Shown: piece by piece, positions 18,904 to 26,314 of the stretch | Numbering within the stretch: the first letter of the stretch is position 1 | Layout of the letters: every line of letters begins with the position of its first letter | Assembly (NCBI GenBank): GCA_041658765.1 | Contig: JBAZZO010000006.1 | Span: 37,947 to 101,946, forward strand | Source of the DNA: Coriobacteriia bacterium | GTDB lineage: Bacteria > Actinomycetota > Coriobacteriia > Anaerosomatales > JBAZZO01 | Direction of reading: 5' to 3' | DNA length: 64,000 bases | Translations under genes and position numbers: made by a program | The notes under the pieces: model-generated | Seen by the model: the letters and a program-made list of their open reading frames with translations, nothing else | Told to the model about the DNA's origin: nothing | Database searches by the model: none

Positions 18904-19851
18904 ATGGACGTGAAGCGTGCGTTCGAAGGGCTGACCGTCATCGCGGCCGGCTCGATCCTGCTGGGGAACTCGCTCGGCTACCTCCCTTGGTCGGTCTGGG
19001 CGTCGATCCTCTCTCTCTGGCCGCTGCTTTTAATCGCTGCGGGCATCGACATCATCGGGCGCAGTCTCGACAACACGTGGTTGAGGGCGCTGTCGAGCTT
19101 GCTCGTGATCGGCGGGCTCGCGTTCGGGGCGCTCGTCATGACGCCCGGCGAATTCGGCCCATGGGTGATCGCCTCGCCGTTCGCGGAGCGCGGAGAGGCG
19201 AAGGACTTCTCGTTCTCCGAACCGCACGACGCCGCTGTCGAGCGCGGCACGCTGCGCGTGCGTGGAGGCGTGGGCAAGGTCACGTTGAGGGGAGGCTCGG
19301 ACCTGCTCTCCGCCGAAGGGCGGACGCCGTTCGGTCCGTTCGTCTTCGCCGTGGAGAAGGATGGCGCCGATGTCGATGCCGAGGTGGCTCCGGGCAGCGG
19401 TGATGTGACGGGCGACTTCGGCGACGCGGAGACGACGATCTCGCTCGACCGGCAGGTGCTATGGGACCTGCGGCTCGACGCCGGGGTGAGTGACGTGCGC
19501 GCAGACCTCTCCGACGTGCGCCTGAGCGCCGTGGACGTGCGGATGGGAGTGTCGAAGGGCACGCTCACCCTCGGCGCGCCCGGTCAGCCTTGGAGTTCGA
19601 AGCGCGAAGTGGGCACGGCCCGCATCGACACGGGGGTCTCTTCGTTCACGTTCAGGGTTCCGCGCGACGTCGCGGTGCGCGTCGAGTCCCGAAGCGGTAT
19701 CGGCAGCGTGGACGTCGGCGACGGCTTCACGCGCCTTTCCGACTCCGGCGGCCGGCGCGTCTGGGAGACCGACGGTTTCGCCGACGCGGGGCGCGTTTGG
19801 ATCGTGGATCTTCGCAACGGGATAAGCACCGTGCGCATCGAGCGGTACTGA
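18904..19851 (+). CDS. LiaF-like membrane protein with C-terminal toastrack-type beta domain
   Basis: 315 aa. N-terminal TM helices are followed by repetitive beta-strand segments (VRADLSDVRLSAVDVRMGVSKGTLTLG...). Confidence 0.6.
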   Translation: MDVKRAFEGLTVIAAGSILLGNSLGYLPWSVWASILSLWPLLLIAAGIDIIGRSLDNTWLRALSSLLVIGGLAFGALVMTPGEFGPWVIASPFAERGEAKDFSFSEPHDAAVERGTLRVRGGVGKVTLRGGSDLLSAEGRTPFGPFVFAVEKDGADVDAEVAPGSGDVTGDFGDAETTISLDRQVLWDLRLDAGVSDVRADLSDVRLSAVDVRMGVSKGTLTLGAPGQPWSSKREVGTARIDTGVSSFTFRVPRDVAVRVESRSGIGSVDVGDGFTRLSDSGGRRVWETDGFADAGRVWIVDLRNGISTVRIERY

Positions 19852-19862
19852 AGGAGGCGGTC

Positions 19863-20288
19863 ATGGACGAGAAGGGCTCTCATCGAGACGACCGCGGTCC
19901 GGCGCTGATAGGAGGCGTCCTCATCGCGATCGGTCTCTACCTGTTCGTCTCGCGCATGGTCGTCGTGCCCGCGTTCTTCTCGACCGCATGGCGCGGCATG
20001 CGCGACGCCGGATGGCCGCTCGCGCTCATCGTGGCGGGAGCGGCGCTGATCGTGTTCGCGAGGGATCCGCGCTTCACGCCTCCGGCGAAGGGGACGAGGC
20101 TCTACCGCAGCAGGACGCAACGGATGGTCTCGGGCGTCCTGGGAGGGGTCGCCGAGTACCTCGGGGTCGACGTGACGGCGGTCCGTCTCGCGGTGGTCGC
20201 GGCCGCGCTGCTCTTCGGCCCAGGGGAGGCGGTCGTCGGGTACATCGTCGCGACGTTCGTCGTCCCCGAGCCGCCTGGGCAGGCCTGA
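19863..20288 (+). CDS. PspC domain-containing membrane protein (second copy)
   Basis: ATG at 19863 follows GAAGGAGG. LYRSRTQRMVSGVLGGVAEYLGVDVTAVRL is present. Confidence 0.7.
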   Translation: MDEKGSHRDDRGPALIGGVLIAIGLYLFVSRMVVVPAFFSTAWRGMRDAGWPLALIVAGAALIVFARDPRFTPPAKGTRLYRSRTQRMVSGVLGGVAEYLGVDVTAVRLAVVAAALLFGPGEAVVGYIVATFVVPEPPGQA

Positions 20289-20295
20289 CCCGGCG

Positions 20296-21216
20296 ATGGT
20301 CCCTCTCGCGCCAGCCGGCCCGACCCGCCCCGGCGACGTCATCGATGCGCATACGCACCTGTTCTCGTTGCCGCTGCTCCAAGAGTACGTCGACGCGCAC
20401 CCCGAGGAGAACGCGCGCTTCCGGCAGGCGGTGAAGGAGAAGCGCTTCGGGAGGCGCGGAGAGGCGCTGCCCGACCTCGCTCCCGACGCGATGGCCCGCT
20501 TCTACGTCGAGCGCATCGAAGCGGCCGGCGTGGCGAGGGCGGTCGTGATGTCGGTCGTGCCGGATTCGAGCTACACGCGGGACTTCATCACAGCGGCGAA
20601 CGGGCACGTCCACGCGCTGTGCTCCATCGACCCCCGCGAGCCGAGGGCGCCGGCGATGCTCGAGCTGGAGATGGCGGCCGGTTTCCGCGGCGTGAAGCTC
20701 CTGCCGGTGAACCGCAAGTACCGTCTCTCCGACGAGGCATGCCGTCCCTTGTTCGAGAAGGCCTCCGAACTCGGAGCGGCGATCGTCGTCCACTACGGCG
20801 TGACGGTCGACCCCACGGGCGACCTGCGATACGCGGACCCGCTCGACCTCTCGCCGGTCGCCCGCGACTTCCCCGACGTCACGTTCGTGATAGCGCACTT
20901 CGGGGCGGGTTTCTTCACGCAGGTCCTCCAGCTCGCCTACCAGTGCAAGAACGTCTGCGTCGACTCGTCCGGGACGAACAACTGGATCGATTACGATCCG
21001 CACGGCTACACGCTCGCCCAGGTCTTCGAGCGCTCGCTCGTCGCTCTCGGTCCCGAGAGGGTGCTGTTCGGCACCGACGCGGGGACCACCGCACCGTATC
21101 GGGAGTGGATCAAGTTCCAGCAGTTGCGCACCCTCGAGGAGTTGGGGCTCTCCGAGGGCGACCGCGACCTCATCGCGCGCGGCAACGCGGTGCGCATCTT
21201 CCGGCTCGAAGGCTGA
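20296..21216 (+). CDS. amidohydrolase family protein
   Basis: 306 aa. The VIDAHTHLF metal-binding start and the TIM-barrel hydrolase pattern HFGAGF...GTD are seen. Confidence 0.7.
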   Translation: MVPLAPAGPTRPGDVIDAHTHLFSLPLLQEYVDAHPEENARFRQAVKEKRFGRRGEALPDLAPDAMARFYVERIEAAGVARAVVMSVVPDSSYTRDFITAANGHVHALCSIDPREPRAPAMLELEMAAGFRGVKLLPVNRKYRLSDEACRPLFEKASELGAAIVVHYGVTVDPTGDLRYADPLDLSPVARDFPDVTFVIAHFGAGFFTQVLQLAYQCKNVCVDSSGTNNWIDYDPHGYTLAQVFERSLVALGPERVLFGTDAGTTAPYREWIKFQQLRTLEELGLSEGDRDLIARGNAVRIFRLEG

Positions 21217-21965
21217 AGGGGGCGGGACCCGCGATCGACTACGACGAGTTCGTCGACTGGGAGAAGCGCCTCGCTCGTGAGGGGCCGTTCTTCCGCGACG
21301 TCTTCTCGGCCGCGGGCGTGCGACGAGTCGTCGATGTCGGATGCGGGTCGGGCCGCCATGCGCTGCTCTTCGCGTCGTGGGGGCTCGAAGTCGTCGGGGT
21401 CGATCCCGATCCCGGGATGCTCGCCGCCGCCAGGGCGAACGCGGCCGCGGTCGGGCTGGACGTCCCATTCCTCGAAGGCGGGTTCGGAGGGGTCGCGGAT
21501 CTCGTGGGAGAGACCGACGCGCTCACGTGCACGGGGAACGCGCTGCCGCACGTGTCCGGCGTCGAGGGGCTGCGGGAGGCGCTCGCCGACTTCTCCGCCG
21601 CCGTGCGCCCCGGCGGGGTCCTCGTGCTCCACCTTCTCAACCACGATCGCCTCGTCGACGGGCGGGTCCGCAGCGTTCCGCCGGTCGTCAGGGACACGCC
21701 GGAAGGGACGAAGGTCTTCCTACGCGTGCTCGACCATCTGGACGACGGCATCAGGTTCGACTTCCTCACGCTGACACGGGGGCCTTCCGGAACGTGGGCG
21801 CTCGCCTCGCGCAGCTCCGTCCACACCGTGTTGAGGAGCGCGTTCCTCGCCGGCGAGCTCGAGCGGGCGGGCTTCGTGGGCGTCGCCCTCTTCGGCGATC
21901 ATGCGGGTGCTGCTTTCGACCCGATGATGCACGAGTCGGTCATCGTCACCGCGAGACGCGCGTAG
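21213..21965 (+). CDS. class I SAM-dependent methyltransferase (start codon unresolved)
   Basis: VVDVGCGSGRHALLFA...VVGVDPDPGML is the SAM motif I/II. The conserved N-terminus (IDYDEFVDWEKRL) has no ATG/GTG/TTG in frame between 21108 and 21317. CTG at 21213 overlaps the upstream stop. Confidence 0.6.
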   Translation: MKGAGPAIDYDEFVDWEKRLAREGPFFRDVFSAAGVRRVVDVGCGSGRHALLFASWGLEVVGVDPDPGMLAAARANAAAVGLDVPFLEGGFGGVADLVGETDALTCTGNALPHVSGVEGLREALADFSAAVRPGGVLVLHLLNHDRLVDGRVRSVPPVVRDTPEGTKVFLRVLDHLDDGIRFDFLTLTRGPSGTWALASRSSVHTVLRSAFLAGELERAGFVGVALFGDHAGAAFDPMMHESVIVTARRA

Positions 21966-22614
21966 CGAGACGCGGGCCGAGGGAGCAGCGTGTCCCGCGC
22001 GCGGCGTCGCAGGCCGCGACCGGCGGGGTGAGGCCGTCGATCTCGTCGCGCAGCGCCGCGTACAGGTGACACAGCGGGAGGCCGGCGACGTTCTGGTAGC
22101 ACTCGCCGTCGTCGACCGAAGCCAGGTGCCGCTCGATGTTGTAGGCGCCGGCGCATCCCATGAGCTCGCCGTCGGCGACCCACGCGGCGATGTCGGCGTC
22201 CGACAGCGCTCGCATCCGCACGCGGGTCGTGACCGGGAAGGAGCGCCCCGGGCCTTCGCCCGGCGCGAGGAGGGCCACTCCGGTGACGACCTCATGGACG
22301 CGGCCGGAAAGGGCGCGAAGCATCCGGCACGCGTCGTCGAGGTCGCGCGGCTTCCCGAGTACCTCTGTGCCGAGGATGACGAGCGTGTCGCACGCCACGA
22401 CGGTCGCGTCGTCCGCGGACCGCCGCGCCGCGAGGGCCTTCTCGGCGGCGAGCGACACGGCGAGAGCGGGAGGGTCCTTCGCGAGCGGGCCCGCGAGATC
22501 TTCAGGCGTGTCCGTCGCGGTGACCCCGTAGGGGACGCCGAGCCAGGCGAGCAGTCTCCTGCGTCGGGGTGAAGCGGAGGCCAGCAGCAGCGGGGCGTGG
22601 GACGGGCGGTCCAT
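21946..22614 (-). CDS. maf: Maf-like nucleoside-triphosphate pyrophosphatase
   Basis: ATG at 22614. LLLASASPRRRRLL...DTLVILG...LGKP...GAYNIE motifs are present. Its 3' end overlaps the methyltransferase 3' end by 20 nt (convergent). Confidence 0.85.
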   Translation of the reverse strand: MDRPSHAPLLLASASPRRRRLLAWLGVPYGVTATDTPEDLAGPLAKDPPALAVSLAAEKALAARRSADDATVVACDTLVILGTEVLGKPRDLDDACRMLRALSGRVHEVVTGVALLAPGEGPGRSFPVTTRVRMRALSDADIAAWVADGELMGCAGAYNIERHLASVDDGECYQNVAGLPLCHLYAALRDEIDGLTPPVAACDAARGTRCSLGPRLATRVSR

Positions 22615-22707
22615 GGCGGGAATGATACCACCGTGACGCGCGCGGTGCGGGCGAGGGCGTGTGTCACAATGTAGGTGGCTTTCGAGCAGTGGGGAGGAGG
22701 GGATAGG

Positions 22708-24870
22708 GTGACCGCTCGAGCGAGCAGATCGAGCGGCGCGCCGTCGTCCATCCAGCGGTTCGTCAAGCAGCTTCTCGTGACGTGCAAGGCGGTCAAGCTC
22801 TACCCTCTCTCGAGCAACATCCCTCTCGAGAACGCCCAGGCCGCCGCGGTCATGCTCCACGGGATCCTGGAACGCGGGCCCGATGTGAGCTTCGGCGTCA
22901 CCAAGGACGCGCTCGTCTTCGAGGGCGTTCCCGTGTACCCGGGACAGCCGACGTACACGGCCTTCGCGCGCGAGTTCTTCTCCCGCAACCTCGCCGAGTT
23001 CCGCTTCCATTCAGGAGTCACCCCCCAGGAGATCGCGCGCTTCCTAGGCGTGCTCCGATACGCCCCTGACGAGATCGCCGCGGCCGGGGGCTTCGAGACG
23101 ATGCTGTGGGACCTGCAGGTGGACTGCGTCACGGTGAAGGATTTGAGCGCTCGGCTGGTGGACACCGAGATCCCGCAGGCCGGGGAGGGAGCGACACGCT
23201 CCGGCGAGCCTTGGCCTCCGGACGCCGAGCGCATCGACCACGCGCTCTCCGTCGCGTACGTCCGCCGACCCCGCGACCAGCGGCTGCTCGTGCGCGTCAT
23301 CGAGGAACCGGCGGTGGTCGCGGCCTTCTTGCGTGAGTTCCTAACGGGTCGCGGCGAACGGCCGGACGAGGGCGTCGCGGAACGCGTGGCCGCGCTCGCG
23401 CACGTGACGGCGCGCGAGGTCCCCTCCGACCAGCCCTCTCTGCTGCGCTCGCTCGCCGACGCGGTCCTCGACCTTCCTCCCGACGCGCTCCGAGGCGTGC
23501 TCCGCGACGCGGTGCTCCCCGACGCGCGCAACGACGAAGCGCTCGCCGATCTCGTGCGCCAGATCGGCGTGGACGCGGCCCTGCAGGCGATCGTCACCTG
23601 CGGCGTGGCCGAGGATGCGGAGAGTGAGGCGATGTGCCGCGCGATCCGCACACTCGCACTCGTCTCCGAAGTCGAACGTTCCGACGTCGTGGCGCGCACG
23701 CAGGCGTCGCTCGAGGACGCGGGCTGTGACCCCGGCTTCGTCGCGCACGTGCTCGAGGGGGTGGCGCCGACCCGGCTGAAAGTCCGGGAGCGTCTGCGTC
23801 CCGACGAGGAGCGTCCGGAAGACACCGTACTGCGTCTTCTCGACCTGGCGCCGGCGGCCGTGGGCCCGGACGACCCCGGCGACCCCGAGACCGAGGCTCT
23901 TCGCGAAGAGGCTCGCGTCGGGATCACGGACGGGGACATCCTGGGAGCCTTCGTGACGCTCGCGACGATCGAGACCCGGCCGGATGCGTTCTCGACGGTG
24001 ATGTCCACCATCGAGGACAACCTCGGACTCCTGCTAGAGCGCGCCGACCTCGATGTGGCCGCCGACGCGGCGGAGGCGCTCGCGGCCGCGGCGTCCGATC
24101 CCGCGTTCGACGAGCGGCGGAGGACGCGGGTCGAGAACGCGCTCGTGAAGCTCGCGCAGCCGAAGGCGGTGCGGACGATCGCGGACGCGATGCGTGTCTT
24201 CCGGCCCGGCTCCGACGAGTACGCCGCATGCCATCGCCTTCTCGACGTCCTAGGTCGTCATGCGATCTCCCCGTTGCTGGAGGTCCTCGCGGACGAGGAG
24301 GACCGGGCGGCGCGCAAGACCATCGTCGACCTCGTCGCGTCGATGGCGGACGGGTTCGTCGACGATCTCGGCGAGCGAGTCGCCGACCCGCGATGGTACT
24401 TCGTGCGGAACGTCATCGGCATCCTCGCGAAGACCCGCAGCGCCAAGGCGCTGCCACACCTTGGGCGGACGCTGCGCCATGCGGACGCGCGCGTACGCAG
24501 GGAGACGATCCGGGCGCTCGCCGGGATCGACGATCGGCTGGCCGACCAGATGCTCGTCGCGGCGCTGGCTGACGAGGACGCGCAGAACGTGCAGCTGGCT
24601 GCGCGCTACCTGGGCAAGGGCACCGTGCGTGGTGCGACGGCCGCGCTCGCGGAAGTGGCGAAGGGCGAAGGCCGCGGCAGCCGCGACGGGGGACCGCGTA
24701 TCGAGGCGATAGGCGCTCTCGGTTCGATCGGCGATCCCGCGGCGGTGCCCGCGCTCGAGGCGATCCTGCACGCGCGCGCGCTGCGCGGCGCGGCGAAAGC
24801 GCGCGAGCTGCGCGCGGCGGCCGAAGCCGCCCTCGCCGCGTTGCGCGGTCGAGGGGGTGCGCCGCTGTGA
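22708..24870 (+). CDS. HEAT-repeat protein (paralog of 15005-16996)
   Basis: GTG at 22708 follows GGAGGAGG. The N-terminus carries VKLYPLSSNIP. The C-terminus has HEAT repeats (DARVRRETIRALAGIDD..., IEAIGALGSIGDPAAVPALE). Confidence 0.7.
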   Translation: MTARASRSSGAPSSIQRFVKQLLVTCKAVKLYPLSSNIPLENAQAAAVMLHGILERGPDVSFGVTKDALVFEGVPVYPGQPTYTAFAREFFSRNLAEFRFHSGVTPQEIARFLGVLRYAPDEIAAAGGFETMLWDLQVDCVTVKDLSARLVDTEIPQAGEGATRSGEPWPPDAERIDHALSVAYVRRPRDQRLLVRVIEEPAVVAAFLREFLTGRGERPDEGVAERVAALAHVTAREVPSDQPSLLRSLADAVLDLPPDALRGVLRDAVLPDARNDEALADLVRQIGVDAALQAIVTCGVAEDAESEAMCRAIRTLALVSEVERSDVVARTQASLEDAGCDPGFVAHVLEGVAPTRLKVRERLRPDEERPEDTVLRLLDLAPAAVGPDDPGDPETEALREEARVGITDGDILGAFVTLATIETRPDAFSTVMSTIEDNLGLLLERADLDVAADAAEALAAAASDPAFDERRRTRVENALVKLAQPKAVRTIADAMRVFRPGSDEYAACHRLLDVLGRHAISPLLEVLADEEDRAARKTIVDLVASMADGFVDDLGERVADPRWYFVRNVIGILAKTRSAKALPHLGRTLRHADARVRRETIRALAGIDDRLADQMLVAALADEDAQNVQLAARYLGKGTVRGATAALAEVAKGEGRGSRDGGPRIEAIGALGSIGDPAAVPALEAILHARALRGAAKARELRAAAEAALAALRGRGGAPL

Positions 24871-26300
24871 GCGCGGGCGGGATCCGCTCGGGCGACCCCA
24901 CGGACGGAGCTTTCGGCGCCGTCTTCTCAGCCAGGCAGGTCGCTCGCGTGCGCGAGCTTCTCGCGCGCCTCTACAACGCGCGCCGCATGATCCGCTTCTA
25001 CCCGTCGGACCATCCCGCGGTCGGCGAGGCGCTCGCCGGTCTCATGGCCACCATCCGCGCGTTCCACGCCGAGGGGGCCGACGTCCCGCTCACCTTCTTC
25101 GAGGACGAGCTGCTCCTGGGCGATCAGCTCCTTCCGGAAGACAGCGTGATGTTCGACCAGCTCATCCGGGACATGATGAGTATCGGCGCGGGCAGCGTCA
25201 CCTTCCGGGCGGGCCTCGACGAGTCCGAGCTCGAGCGAGCGGTGCGGGTGCTCTCGCTCGAGGTGGGAGAGGTGCTGCGTGCCGGCGGGCTCGAACGTGC
25301 CGTCGCCGTCGCGGACCTTCCTCACGTGACGTTCGCGACGGTGACCATCGTGGAGAAGGAGAGCGAAGAGGAGACGGACGCCGTCCCTGGACGCGGTCCG
25401 GCCCGCCGGGCCTACAGCGCCGCCCTGGACCTCATGCGCGAACTGGAGCGTGTCATCCAGCGGCAGGAATCGCTGGGGGCCGGGCGTATCAGGGGGGTCG
25501 CGCGCAGCCTCGTCGAGAATGTCCTGTCGAACCGGTTCGCGATGCTGGAGCTGTCGGGACTGAAGGACCACGACGAGTACACGTTCTACCACTCGGTGAA
25601 TGTCTCCGTCCTCTCGCTCGCCGTCGGATCGGCGATCACACACGACCTGCGGTTCCTCTCCTCGCTCGGCGTGGGGTCGCTCCTCCACGACATCGGGAAG
25701 ATGACCGTCGACCTCGAGATCCTGAACAAGCCCGGCGCACTCACGTCTCATGAGTGGGCGGACGTGCGACGCCATCCCGTACTCGGCGCCGAGACGGCGG
25801 CCTCCATCCCGGGCCTCGATCGTTCGTCCGTCGTCGTCGCTCTCGAGCACCATATGCGCTTCGACCTCACCGGCTACCCCGCTCGGAAGCCGGAGCGCCG
25901 GCAGCATCTCGCGAGCCGCATCGTGGCGATCGCCGACGCATACGACGCCATGACCTCGCGAAGGGCGTATTCCGCGGCGAGGCTCCAGGACGAGGCGATG
26001 TCGATCCTGCTCCGCAACGCCGGTTCGGCATTCGATCCCGCGCTGGTGCGATCGTTCGTGCGGATCATGGGAATCTACCCGCCGCGGGCCGTCGTGCGCC
26101 TGACGACCGGCGAGACGGCGGTCGTTCTCGCCCCCGACGAGCGTGACGTGGCCCGTCCGACCGTCCGCGTCTTCGCCGACGCGGCGGGAGTCATGATCGA
26201 CCCGTTCGACGTGTCGCTCGCCGACGAGGGATCGGGGCGCTCGGTCGAGCGCTGTCTGGACGAAGATGCCATCAACGTCGATGTCGAAGAGTACCTGTGA
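24867..26300 (+). CDS. HD-GYP domain phosphodiesterase (paralog of 13695-15008)
   Basis: The GTG start overlaps the upstream stop (GTGA). The N-terminus carries IRFYPSDHP. LLHDIGK and HHMRFDLTGYP are present. Confidence 0.85.
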   Translation: MSAGGIRSGDPTDGAFGAVFSARQVARVRELLARLYNARRMIRFYPSDHPAVGEALAGLMATIRAFHAEGADVPLTFFEDELLLGDQLLPEDSVMFDQLIRDMMSIGAGSVTFRAGLDESELERAVRVLSLEVGEVLRAGGLERAVAVADLPHVTFATVTIVEKESEEETDAVPGRGPARRAYSAALDLMRELERVIQRQESLGAGRIRGVARSLVENVLSNRFAMLELSGLKDHDEYTFYHSVNVSVLSLAVGSAITHDLRFLSSLGVGSLLHDIGKMTVDLEILNKPGALTSHEWADVRRHPVLGAETAASIPGLDRSSVVVALEHHMRFDLTGYPARKPERRQHLASRIVAIADAYDAMTSRRAYSAARLQDEAMSILLRNAGSAFDPALVRSFVRIMGIYPPRAVVRLTTGETAVVLAPDERDVARPTVRVFADAAGVMIDPFDVSLADEGSGRSVERCLDEDAINVDVEEYL

Positions 26301-26314
26301 TCCGAGGAGGTCCC

